From positions 32,001 through 96,000 of the forward strand of contig JAOPTX010000032.1 in assembly GCA_051532055.1 (NCBI GenBank): DNA of 64,000 nucleotides, written 5' to 3'. The stretch is from Fibrobacterales bacterium (GTDB lineage: Bacteria; Fibrobacterota; Fibrobacteria; Fibrobacterales; JAOPTW01). This document shows positions 1 to 9,648 of the stretch, piece after piece (the stretch's first letter is position 1; each line of letters starts with the position of its first letter). The position numbers were made by a program, and so were the translations under genes. Under the pieces are notes generated by a model that worked only from the letters and a program-made list of their open reading frames with translations, was not told the origin of the DNA and ran no database searches.

Positions 1-1025
1 GTGCATTCAATAATTATATGCTCCTGTTCATTTACACGAAACTTGAGATCACTTACTTTCAGGCGAAGTGCACGGCGATCAGCCCGCATATCCTGTTTCA
101 ACAGTCCCTCCGTAAAGGGAGTATATGATGCAAGTACCTCCTGCTCATACTGGGCAACTGACTCATGTAGATTGCCACTTTCTTCACCAAAAAGTGGACC
201 TGTAGGGTGTATATCCCAGTTTTTGAGTCGATCATTAATCTCTTGATCAACAACTTCGGTGGTAAACACAGCATTCGATGTCTCGAAAGTACAGCGTTCT
301 CCCGGTATAATTGAATTCCAACTATTGTCAGCTATTCGTTTTGAAAGAACGGCATTAAAAAGAAGTGAACGCGCTGCTGACAAATAGAGCCCGCGCAACT
401 TTTTACTGTTACTCCGAAGACTCCCATCAAAGAGTTGCTGTGCCCGTATAATATTAATTCCGCCATTACCAAAGCGTTGTGGACCAAAATAGTTGGGAAC
501 TCCATCTTGTTCAATACGATTTATGCGCGAAATAAAGTCTTCTATAGCCCCCTGAAAGCCCGTTATTGTAATAGTAAAATGATTGGATGTATGAATTCCT
601 TTCTTCAGCTTTTTAGTATGGTGGGTAATTGACTCCACAACAACTGAACCCCCAAGAGCTTTTACTGCTTTATTTTCAGTAATAAATTTTTCGAGCTTAT
701 CTTTTGAAACATTTTTTGTGTATCGAGGCGCATACACACTCATCCACTGAGAAGTAATAGCCCGTTTATCCTTAAGCCCTGAGTAGCCCACATCCATAAT
801 TTTGACATCAAAATAAGCGGCAAGTGCCTGAGCGACATCTACAGTATTACACTCCCGTTTTGTTATATAGAGACAGTAATGTTCCCCAGTACCTTCAGGG
901 GAAAATCCTAAGTTTTCTGCTACCTTAAAGTCTTCAGGTCGTGTTCTAATTACTCCTGATGTTTTTGGTTTACTATCAGCGTAGTTCCACTCATCTGAAT
1001 AAATATAATACTGCTCTTCTGACAT
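1..1025 (-). CDS. truD: tRNA pseudouridine(13) synthase TruD, 3' end runs off the window
   Basis: Not in the ORF track. Hand translation from ATG 1025: MSEEQYYIYSDEWNY...RPEDFKVAE...GEHYCLYITKRECNT...VGYSGLKDKRAITSQW...GVPNYFGPQRFG...RRALRL, the TruD motifs; still open at position 1. Confidence 0.93.
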   Translation of the reverse strand, partial: MSEEQYYIYSDEWNYADSKPKTSGVIRTRPEDFKVAENLGFSPEGTGEHYCLYITKRECNTVDVAQALAAYFDVKIMDVGYSGLKDKRAITSQWMSVYAPRYTKNVSKDKLEKFITENKAVKALGGSVVVESITHHTKKLKKGIHTSNHFTITITGFQGAIEDFISRINRIEQDGVPNYFGPQRFGNGGINIIRAQQLFDGSLRSNSKKLRGLYLSAARSLLFNAVLSKRIADNSWNSIIPGERCTFETSNAVFTTEVVDQEINDRLKNWDIHPTGPLFGEESGNLHESVAQYEQEVLASYTPFTEGLLKQDMRADRRALRLKVSDLKFRVNEQEHIIIEC

Positions 1026-1162
1026 TGATCAAGCCACCCTTTTCGGTCGATAAGTGCATATTAGAAGAATAAAGCACGGTTTTTCTGACCAATCTTCTAT
1101 TCATATTCACTAAAAAGATAAAAAGTAGTATAATTCTCACAGTGGAACTACTTTGACAGAGA

Positions 1163-2587
1163 ATGAATACTACACGCTTAAAGATTCGATATATCATATC
1201 CCTCTTTCTTTTGGGTTTTGTTGTATTTGTACTGTATAACGAGATTACCCTAGAAAAATTTGCTCAAGATCAGCTCACAAAACATGGAACCATTGTTTCG
1301 AATGCTCTCTGGAATCTTGATAAAAAAAGCCCCCTTCGGTATCTCGAAGAAGCAGCAGTAAACCATAACTATAAAAAATTGATTCTCCGAGATGACCTCC
1401 AACAAGAGTTTATTAAAATTGATAGCGATTCGATCGCCCACAATATAAATTTTTTTAGTACGCTCCTCCCCACCAAACAGCTCATTTCGAATGTCTATTA
1501 TAATAATCGTAAAATTGGTTCTCTAGAGGTGTGGTGGCGCAATGACTCCCTCTTTTTGTATACAAATATACTCCTCATGTCCACCTTCATCATTCTCGCA
1601 CTCTCTCTCTATTTAAAGCTCCTTTATACGAATAGCAACTTAGAGCAGATGGTTGAAGAACGCACATTTGAACTCAAACAAGTAAATGACAACTTGGCAA
1701 ATCATAAAGAGCACCTTGAAGAAATTGTCATGGAGCGTACTAAAGAGCTACTCTCGACTCAACAAGCAGCTATTGACAATGCTCATAGAGCAGGCATGGC
1801 AGACATTGCAAATGGAGTACTCCACAATATTGGCAATATTCTTAACAGCGTTAATACCTCCGCTCATATTATCCATGAACTTTCACAAGATTCATTCCAT
1901 CAAAAATTTGCTGATGCGAACCAAATTTTATCTGAAAACATTGAAACACTTTATGATTTTATTATTCACGATTCCCGTGCAAAAGCGCTCTTCGAATACT
2001 ATTTAGAACTCGGTAAGGTACATGCCCACAATCAAGAAATGCTCCAGAGCCACGTCCTACGGCTTCAAGATAAAATTAAAGCAACTATTGATGTCATAGC
2101 CTCTCAACAAGCGTATGCAGGCAGCGCATCAATGAATGAGCTCATTGATGTCAAAGAGGTGATTCTCGATGGACTCAGTATGGAAAATCAATCATTGGAA
2201 AACAGTGGTGTTACTGTCATTGATAATATGGAGCACCACAAGACCTTAGCAGACAAAACCAAGCTGATACATATTGTTATTAACCTTATCAAAAACGCCG
2301 TTGACGCAATGCTTGACAACCCTGCAACCAACAAAAAACTTACCTTTACCACACTTTATGAAAATGAGACCTTTTATTTAAAGATCAGTGACACAGGGTG
2401 TGGTATCAGTCAAGAGAACCTCAATAATATATTTGCTCATGGGTTCACCACAAAAATAGGCGGGCACGGGTTTGGCCTACATTCATGTGCCAATTATATG
2501 ACTGAGATGAGTGGGAAACTATATGTCGAATCTGATGGTCTGAATCAGGGAGCAACGTTTACCCTCGCGTTTCATCAAAAAACGTAG
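1163..2587 (+). CDS. membrane sensor histidine kinase
   Basis: Two TM segments, coiled coil, H-box LHNIGNILNSV, N-box NLIKNA, DTGCGI, FTTK, GHGFGL. Confidence 0.9.
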   Translation: MNTTRLKIRYIISLFLLGFVVFVLYNEITLEKFAQDQLTKHGTIVSNALWNLDKKSPLRYLEEAAVNHNYKKLILRDDLQQEFIKIDSDSIAHNINFFSTLLPTKQLISNVYYNNRKIGSLEVWWRNDSLFLYTNILLMSTFIILALSLYLKLLYTNSNLEQMVEERTFELKQVNDNLANHKEHLEEIVMERTKELLSTQQAAIDNAHRAGMADIANGVLHNIGNILNSVNTSAHIIHELSQDSFHQKFADANQILSENIETLYDFIIHDSRAKALFEYYLELGKVHAHNQEMLQSHVLRLQDKIKATIDVIASQQAYAGSASMNELIDVKEVILDGLSMENQSLENSGVTVIDNMEHHKTLADKTKLIHIVINLIKNAVDAMLDNPATNKKLTFTTLYENETFYLKISDTGCGISQENLNNIFAHGFTTKIGGHGFGLHSCANYMTEMSGKLYVESDGLNQGATFTLAFHQKT

Positions 2588-2696
2588 TACATTCCACTTT
2601 ATTTGCTCACCAATTAAATACACATATCAGTATATTTTCCACTCATTTATACCTGAATTTCGGTATACTTAGAATGGACTTTATTTTACAGAACAA

Positions 2697-3224
2697 ATGA
2701 AAATTAGATTTGTACTTCTTCTCCTTATATTGATGGCCCCACTTACTGGCCAGTCAAAGGAGTATATTGTTAAGTCTATTTTTCTTGCAAAATTTTCGAA
2801 GTTCATAGAATGGCCTTCAGATAAAATGAAAAGCGATTCCTTTATCATTGGTATTTACGGTGACAACTCTTATACAGATATTATCGAAAAGGTGTATCAA
2901 TTTAAAAAAATTAAGAATAAAAATGTTGATATCCGATATATTAACGACCCGAGTCAAGTATCATCATGCCACATTCTTGTTCTCAATTCAGTTAAACCAG
3001 AAAGCCTTTCAAAAATTACCTCCATTGCAAATCGTCATAGCGTACTCACCATATTAAATGACACCAACAAATCGTATAACGGTATCATTATTCAGTTTTT
3101 TATTGCAGGCAATAATACTGTTGGGTTTTCAATGAACCGAGAAAGCATGAAAGAAAGCCCACTCGACATCAACTTTATGCTTGTAGAAATTGCAAACTCA
3201 TTAAACATGGAGGCACCAAAATGA
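2697..3224 (+). CDS. YfiR family (DUF4154) periplasmic protein
   Basis: Signal peptide; EYIVKSIFLAKFSKFIEWP, CHILVL, VGFSMN motifs; 4-bp overlap with the next kinase. Confidence 0.85.
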   Translation: MKIRFVLLLLILMAPLTGQSKEYIVKSIFLAKFSKFIEWPSDKMKSDSFIIGIYGDNSYTDIIEKVYQFKKIKNKNVDIRYINDPSQVSSCHILVLNSVKPESLSKITSIANRHSVLTILNDTNKSYNGIIIQFFIAGNNTVGFSMNRESMKESPLDINFMLVEIANSLNMEAPK

Positions 3225-4846
3225 AAATTTTCGCAAGCCTCTCAATAAAAAGTAAGATCGTACTGATTATAACCATTGTGAGTTTTATTGTAATCTCTAT
3301 TACAACATCAATTATAAGCTATGTCCACATCAGTGATTACAAAGAGAATCTACTCAATCAATCTCAGATCAAAGCAAAGCTTGTTGGCGACTACTCTATC
3401 ACCGCCCTGAGCTTCAACTATCCTAAACGTGCCGAAGAGATACTTGAAAAATTACAGAATGACCCTTCTATTGTACAAGCCGACATCTACAATGTCGACC
3501 TCACCCTTTTTGCATCTTACCCAAGATCTGAAAACAGCCGGCCCCATGAAATCCCCTATACTGAAAGCCACGATGAATTTAAAGGTGACATCCTCAACAC
3601 GTATCAACCAATAGCATTCAAAAATGAAGTCTATGGGTACATTCATTTACAATATGATACGAGTCTGAGCTCTAAGCTTCGTGACCAAGTTACTATGATA
3701 CTGTTACTCTTAGTGGGAGTTATGCTTCTTTCACTCTTTATTGCACGAACCCTACAAAGTATTATTTCAAACCCAATTATCTCTCTTTCAAATACAGCCC
3801 ACCTCATCTCTAACAATCACGACTATAGTATACGTGTCAAAAAAGTGAATAGTGATGAAATAGGAGATCTCTACGACAATTTTAATGCCCTCTTGAGTGA
3901 AACAGAGAACAAAGAGATAGAGCGCAATGATGCTATTGAAGCTCTACAAGAGCACAAAGAGACTCTTGAAGTTAAAGTAAAAGAACGTACCGACACATTG
4001 ATGAATACTCAGAAAGAACTAATTGACAATGCACATAAAGCAGGCATGGCAGATATTGCAAGTGGCGCACTCCACAATGTTGGCAACATTCTCAACAGCA
4101 TTAAGACCTCTGCATCTCTCATAATGGAGTTCCATTCAAACTCTGGGTTCTCCCGTTTTAAACAGGCGAACACACTGCTGAGAGACAATATGGATACCTT
4201 AGAAGATTTTATCATACACAATCCGAAGGGCAAAAAGTTACTCATGTACTATCTTGAACTAGAAAAAATGCAAGAGTCATCAGACGAACAGATTACCAGC
4301 CATATATACCGCCTCATCGACAAGGTCAACTCAAGTGTTGATGTCATTCATGCACAACAAAGTTACGCCAGCGCGACATCACTCACTGAAATGTATAGTG
4401 TGAGTGAAATTATTGAAGATGGTCTCGCTATGGAAAGTAGCTCAATTGATAAACATGGGATTTCTGTTAATAAAAACTACTCCGTTGTTCCCAATGTTCC
4501 TATCCAACGCACAAAACTCATTCACATAATTATTAATCTCATAAACAACGCTAAAGAAGCAATGGAAGAAACCCCTCGGTCAGAAAGATTTTTATCAATT
4601 GAAGTCGTTGATCAAGAAAGCGAAATTGCCATTCATGTTTCCGATTCAGGTCATGGTATATCTATTGAAAATATAAACAATATTTTTTCCCACGGCTTTA
4701 CCACCAAAAAAGAGGGCCATGGCTTTGGCCTTCACTCCTGTGCAAATTACATGACCGAAATGGGAGGACGCATGAGCGTCACTTCTGGCAAAGTTCTTTC
4801 TGGCGCCACCTTCACCCTCACCTTTGTCAAAGAGATCAACACTTAA
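3221..4846 (+). CDS. sensor histidine kinase with YfiN-like periplasmic domain and HAMP
   Basis: SIKSKIVLII TM1, ALSF periplasmic motif, HAMP (DEIGDLYDNFN), H-box LHNVGNILNS, DSGHG, GHGFGL. Confidence 0.9.
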   Translation: MKIFASLSIKSKIVLIITIVSFIVISITTSIISYVHISDYKENLLNQSQIKAKLVGDYSITALSFNYPKRAEEILEKLQNDPSIVQADIYNVDLTLFASYPRSENSRPHEIPYTESHDEFKGDILNTYQPIAFKNEVYGYIHLQYDTSLSSKLRDQVTMILLLLVGVMLLSLFIARTLQSIISNPIISLSNTAHLISNNHDYSIRVKKVNSDEIGDLYDNFNALLSETENKEIERNDAIEALQEHKETLEVKVKERTDTLMNTQKELIDNAHKAGMADIASGALHNVGNILNSIKTSASLIMEFHSNSGFSRFKQANTLLRDNMDTLEDFIIHNPKGKKLLMYYLELEKMQESSDEQITSHIYRLIDKVNSSVDVIHAQQSYASATSLTEMYSVSEIIEDGLAMESSSIDKHGISVNKNYSVVPNVPIQRTKLIHIIINLINNAKEAMEETPRSERFLSIEVVDQESEIAIHVSDSGHGISIENINNIFSHGFTTKKEGHGFGLHSCANYMTEMGGRMSVTSGKVLSGATFTLTFVKEINT

Positions 4847-4862
4847 TAAGTGCCATTTTTTC

Positions 4863-7331
4863 CTATCGCTCTTTCTTTCTATTTTCAAACACCGCTGTAC
4901 TCATCAATTGCCCTTCTGAAACACCATATTTTTCTAATACATCAATACGGCTCACTACTTCACTCGGCGCGAGAGCCCCTGTGAGCGCTTCATTATACGC
5001 GTTCACTTTATTTCTCAGTTCTTCTTTTGTCTCATACAATGCTTCGATTCTAAAACTTGAAACCCCCATCTCCTTAAAGCGATCAATAAGTCGACCCGAT
5101 GACTGAGGCACCCCATGATACATTGTATTTCGGCAAGCATAGTCTGGTTTCACCGGATGTACAACCCCTTTATGGTCCTTAAGAGAGGCCTTATGTTTGC
5201 GACATGGCTTACCACACGTTTTTACATCCGTACCTTTTGACATAAAGGCAGCATATGGGCAATGCTCCATATAAAAGGTTGGCATATAATGATGAAGTAT
5301 CAACTCTACCTTTTCACCTAGGGTATAAGTCATCATTTGTGTGAGCTGCTCCATATTAAGGTCATGGCCAGGAGTAAAACGCTCAACACCTTGATCAACA
5401 AACCACTCTGCACTCAATGAATTACAAATATTAAAACTGTAATCCGTTACCACAGGAAATGAATAATTTTTAAAATAATGAAGGGCTGCTAAGTTTCGCG
5501 CCAACACCACATCGGGCTTAAGCCCTGATATTATATCGAGATACTTTGTATCAAAAGGCTTAATTACTCGCAGGGTCGCAATCCCCACTTTAAACCCAAA
5601 AGAACGCACCATTGACATCGCATCTTCATACCGTCGACCATAATCAAAATCGAGATATACAATATCAATGGGTAATCCTTCTAAATATGCAATCTGTTCA
5701 GGGTCTCTAATGAGTACCGACAAAGTTATAGCTTCTGGCTTTTGTTGCGTACACAGCAAAGGGAGCGCTGTAATATTCTCCTCAATAGCAAGAGGTGTTC
5801 TCAATACTCGCACTTCATCGAGCTTTTCTACAATCTCTTTTCTAAGGCCACGCATTTGCTTTTGAGAAATATAGAGTGCACCATCAATGTTGGCCGAGAA
5901 AGAACCAACACGATAGCAGCTTTTTCCCAACTTGCTACTCTCTTCTTCTAAAAACGTTTCGGTTATTGAACGACTCTTAGCCAACTCCGGCACTACTGAG
6001 CTCGTGAAAGACAATGCATAGCCATCGCTTGATGAAACGGCTACAGCGATACCACTCTGTTTTTTAACGGTTAATGAAAGATCTAAAGAGAACGTTTTAA
6101 GCTGTTCTGTTTGGGTAAAGGTCTTCTGGAGCTCTTTCTCCAAATCTGGCGCATCATTTTGATAGACCTTCCAGCCCTTTGCAATTGCCGTTGGTTCGAA
6201 TTCATTATTAAAACTGAGCTGTACCTTTGAGTCACTTCCTTGCTCAACCCCATATATTCGAGCTCCATAACGGTCCCCTTGTTCAAAGTCTAAAAACGAG
6301 ATCCCATCACCAGCTTTTAATGGGAGCCTACAAGACACCTCTACTCTTTTACCAATGATACGAATCACTTCACCAACAAAGGAGCCTTGATGTGAACTAA
6401 TAAAACCGTTTACTAATTCTTGATGATTAACTCCATGGAGCCATCCAGAATAAAAACCCCGAGAAAAAAGCAGTTCCATCTCATGCTTCGCTTGCTCGGG
6501 CACAAGGTTATTGTCCATCACCGCTCTATAATTTGAAGTCGTAGATGCGACATAGGCGGGTGACTTAAGACGGCCTTCAATTTTTAAAGCAGTAATCCCC
6601 ATCTCTTGAAGCTGCGGTATTTCTGCGACCCCACATAGGTCTTGAGGAGATAAAAGATATTTTTTACCATCAAGGTCTCGTGTTTCACCATCAACAATGA
6701 GCTCAAAATCGAGTCGACAGGTTTGCGCACACTGCCCTCTATTAGCAGAACGGCCACCAAACACTTCAGATGTAAGGCACTGCCCTGAATACGCAACGCA
6801 AAGAGCGCCATGTACAAATACTTCGAGTTCAACATTAGTTTTTTTTGAGACGTCTTCTATCTCATCAAGGGTCATCTCTCGTGAAAGAGTAACCCTTTTA
6901 ACTGATAGATCATCGAGGGCATCAATAGCAAGAGCATTTGTAACCGTCATTTGAGTGGAGACATGAATATTCATTTCTGGTGCAATTGCTTTAATCAGTT
7001 TTATAAGACCAATATCTTGCACGATAAACGCATCAGGGCTCAATTGAATCATTGCACTAATAAACTCGGTCAACTCTCGAATTTCATCTTCAAAAACAAC
7101 AACATTAAATGCAAGATTCGCCTCAACACCATAGAGATGACAGAGGTCAATAAGCTCTTTCATATCATTCAGATCAAAATCAATAGTACGACCCCGTGCA
7201 TTAAAGCCAGGCACACCAAAATAGACCTCTGTTGCGCCATTATGTATAGCGGCTAAACACATTTCTCTATTGCCTACAGGGATTAAAAGATGAGATGACA
7301 CAAGTGACTCATAATTGAAGGTATGAGTCAA
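4863..7331 (-). CDS. rlhA: peptidase U32 family protein, long RlhA-type (probable 23S rRNA hydroxylase)
   Basis: HGALCVAYSGQC, NRGQCAQTCR, LKIEGR, second U32 half at the C-terminus; TTG start. Confidence 0.8.
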   Translation of the reverse strand: MTHTFNYESLVSSHLLIPVGNREMCLAAIHNGATEVYFGVPGFNARGRTIDFDLNDMKELIDLCHLYGVEANLAFNVVVFEDEIRELTEFISAMIQLSPDAFIVQDIGLIKLIKAIAPEMNIHVSTQMTVTNALAIDALDDLSVKRVTLSREMTLDEIEDVSKKTNVELEVFVHGALCVAYSGQCLTSEVFGGRSANRGQCAQTCRLDFELIVDGETRDLDGKKYLLSPQDLCGVAEIPQLQEMGITALKIEGRLKSPAYVASTTSNYRAVMDNNLVPEQAKHEMELLFSRGFYSGWLHGVNHQELVNGFISSHQGSFVGEVIRIIGKRVEVSCRLPLKAGDGISFLDFEQGDRYGARIYGVEQGSDSKVQLSFNNEFEPTAIAKGWKVYQNDAPDLEKELQKTFTQTEQLKTFSLDLSLTVKKQSGIAVAVSSSDGYALSFTSSVVPELAKSRSITETFLEEESSKLGKSCYRVGSFSANIDGALYISQKQMRGLRKEIVEKLDEVRVLRTPLAIEENITALPLLCTQQKPEAITLSVLIRDPEQIAYLEGLPIDIVYLDFDYGRRYEDAMSMVRSFGFKVGIATLRVIKPFDTKYLDIISGLKPDVVLARNLAALHYFKNYSFPVVTDYSFNICNSLSAEWFVDQGVERFTPGHDLNMEQLTQMMTYTLGEKVELILHHYMPTFYMEHCPYAAFMSKGTDVKTCGKPCRKHKASLKDHKGVVHPVKPDYACRNTMYHGVPQSSGRLIDRFKEMGVSSFRIEALYETKEELRNKVNAYNEALTGALAPSEVVSRIDVLEKYGVSEGQLMSTAVFENRKKER

Positions 7332-7383
7332 AAGTAACTTTTTAGTATGGGTGAGTCATCTTTTTGCCAGCATTGTAACAGGT

Positions 7384-7962
7384 TTATAGCGAGAAGTAAA
7401 GCTCCAAAGAAAGAGAGGTCACATCAAGAACCCCAATTGACTCATTCTCAAATGCATAGAGTAAGTAGGATTGGAGCGTCCCTGCGCTCACTGAAAACCC
7501 CAACTCATCCACGACGCCAACCCCCTCCATAAGGAGTACCGACAGCCCTGTATAGTAGCCAATACGAATACCCGATGGCCAATAATAGGATCTAAACCGG
7601 TCGTTTACAATAACATCATATTGGGGCGACACAATTGTATTCACCGCAACATGGGGTACAATACCGATGGAGCTTCCTAATACAGACCCAACATTAATGG
7701 TTACTGGTTCAAATCGCCCTTTTATTGCAACACTATGCACCGACACTCCCCCCAAAGCTTTGGGCGTGTACCCGTAAGAGATAGATCCATAGAGATGGTT
7801 CGTAAAATAGCCATAGCCAACACCTACCGACACCACCCCCTGATGCCCTGCATATTGTACTAAATAACGATCCGGCGCATACCATGTGTCGTTTGTACCA
7901 ACAGAACCCTCAGACGCCATTACGACACCAACGCATACAAAGACAAGTATGACCCACTTCAT
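7384..7962 (-). CDS. putative small outer-membrane beta-barrel protein
   Basis: Signal peptide, amphipathic strands (QYAGHQGVVSVGVGYGY), aromatic C-terminal strand; 1-bp overlap with the upstream gene. Confidence 0.55.
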   Translation of the reverse strand: MKWVILVFVCVGVVMASEGSVGTNDTWYAPDRYLVQYAGHQGVVSVGVGYGYFTNHLYGSISYGYTPKALGGVSVHSVAIKGRFEPVTINVGSVLGSSIGIVPHVAVNTIVSPQYDVIVNDRFRSYYWPSGIRIGYYTGLSVLLMEGVGVVDELGFSVSAGTLQSYLLYAFENESIGVLDVTSLSLELYFSL

Positions 7963-8780
7963 CAGAACCCCAGCTCTTGATAGGTGTAGGCACTATCGTT
8001 AAAATTAAGTAGAAGCACAGAATGGCCCGTTACATCGTCTGCTACAAGATATTGAGTCGAACTTTCTGGATAAAAAGCATGATTATTAAAGGAGTGTGTA
8101 TGCCCATGCACCGAGAGCATGACGTCTTTTTCATCTAAAAGTGCAACATACTTAATTTCATCATCGGAAGTAAACTGATCCTTCCACGGTGGCACATGCG
8201 AAAAGAGTACCTGTCCCTTACACTCAACCCCACAAAGGGTAGGATCAGAAAGAGACTGTTCAAGCCATGGAAAATTAGGCGCATCATCAAAATGCCACCC
8301 ATTGGTGTTAGCAAATACAAAGTGATAGCCCCCATAGGTAAAGGAGTAATCAAGTGCACCGAAAGAGTACTCATAGACCGCAATCCCCTCTGCAACACTT
8401 TCATGATTCCCAATAGTAGTGACATAAGGAACAGTAAGCTTATCTATTGCATCAAAAAAGAACTCATACTCTTTGAGGAGTCCAAACTTTGTAAAATCAC
8501 CCGGTACCACTACAAAGTCTACCCCCTGAAGCGAATTAACGAATGAGACCATCTTATGTAAATCATCAATGAATTGATGAGAATCTGTTATCACTGCAAC
8601 CGTGACTCCTTCCCCTTTAGGAGTCGTAGAAATTATTTTTCCTACTTCTCGCTGAGTGAGGTTGTGCATAGCTCTGTTCGAACTTTCAACCGTATAGGGA
8701 GTATATTCAAACATTTCACAATTCACAAGTAACAGTACAGCTAACCCAATAGTAAAGTACCTTTTGAATGTATTCATCAT
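7962..8780 (-). CDS. calcineurin-like metallophosphoesterase lipoprotein
   Basis: DSH, GD, GNHE, SH and GHTH motifs; lipobox-like LVNC. Confidence 0.9.
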   Translation of the reverse strand: MMNTFKRYFTIGLAVLLLVNCEMFEYTPYTVESSNRAMHNLTQREVGKIISTTPKGEGVTVAVITDSHQFIDDLHKMVSFVNSLQGVDFVVVPGDFTKFGLLKEYEFFFDAIDKLTVPYVTTIGNHESVAEGIAVYEYSFGALDYSFTYGGYHFVFANTNGWHFDDAPNFPWLEQSLSDPTLCGVECKGQVLFSHVPPWKDQFTSDDEIKYVALLDEKDVMLSVHGHTHSFNNHAFYPESSTQYLVADDVTGHSVLLLNFNDSAYTYQELGF

Positions 8781-8786
8781 CGACTC

Positions 8787-9362
8787 CTAAAAGGTATATC
8801 CCACATTAAATTCAGTCCATCTAAAGGTCTTATAATCATTAAGCAACAACCCATTACTTTCAAGACGAAGCTCTATGTTCTTATATTGTATCCCGGAACC
8901 AAGACGCATGTTCATGTGGAGATCTTGAGATGCATAGCGATCATCTCGGGTAAGACGTGTATGACTTACTACTGAAAGACCGGCACCTGCAATACCACTC
9001 ACTGCTAGAGATTGAGTCACCTGGTAGAAGGGCTTAACCTGAGGTGTCACTTTATATATATTTGCAATGGTTGTTGTACCCGAGCGTTCTTCCGATATCG
9101 TTGAAAATCCAACCTGCCCACCAACCGCAATACTTTTTGAGAATGAACGGTACCGATCAAAATTGACATTCTGACCCGTGGACACCCCTTTACTAAAGCC
9201 AAGTGGTGAACGCTCCCCCTCCATCATCGCATCCTCCCCCTTTAGGTCAAAAGGAACTACTCGTGTAATCCCAATAGAGATTGATGAACCGACAGGAGAT
9301 GCCGCCACAAATAATGGAAGTGCCACAAAAATTATTAGTGCTATTTTTATAAATCGTATCAT
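8787..9362 (-). CDS. putative outer-membrane beta-barrel protein
   Basis: Signal peptide from ATG 9362 (MIRFIKIALI), beta-strand pattern, C-terminal FNVGYTF. Confidence 0.6.
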   Translation of the reverse strand: MIRFIKIALIIFVALPLFVAASPVGSSISIGITRVVPFDLKGEDAMMEGERSPLGFSKGVSTGQNVNFDRYRSFSKSIAVGGQVGFSTISEERSGTTTIANIYKVTPQVKPFYQVTQSLAVSGIAGAGLSVVSHTRLTRDDRYASQDLHMNMRLGSGIQYKNIELRLESNGLLLNDYKTFRWTEFNVGYTF

Positions 9363-9585
9363 ACTTAGTTTCCCCAAAAGTTTTAGTCACCCCTATAACA
9401 CATGAGATGAAAAAATGTGTCACCCTTTTATCACAATGACTCTTTGAGTGTAACTTACGAAAAAGGCAACCATTAGACAATGCTAATATTGTATCATTGT
9501 GTAACAAAGTGTATCAGGGCACGATTATCAATTCACCTCTCAATAACTGAATGCGTGGCAAGTGGCAGTACCGTTGGGATACAAC

Positions 9586-9618
9586 AAAAAACGGTTCACC
9601 TCTTACAAAGATGAACCG
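9586..9618 (-). terminator. intrinsic terminator after lactate permease
   Basis: CGGTTCA...TGAACCG stem, U-tract on the minus strand. Confidence 0.65.
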
Positions 9619-9648
9619 CTTGTGTAAAACTATTTTTACAAAGGCTTT

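Noticed and set aside
1..1197. Short ORF-track ORFs at the left edge (1..246, 332..514, 435..632, 991..1197)
   Set aside because: They overlap truD in other frames or strands, or span its promoter region
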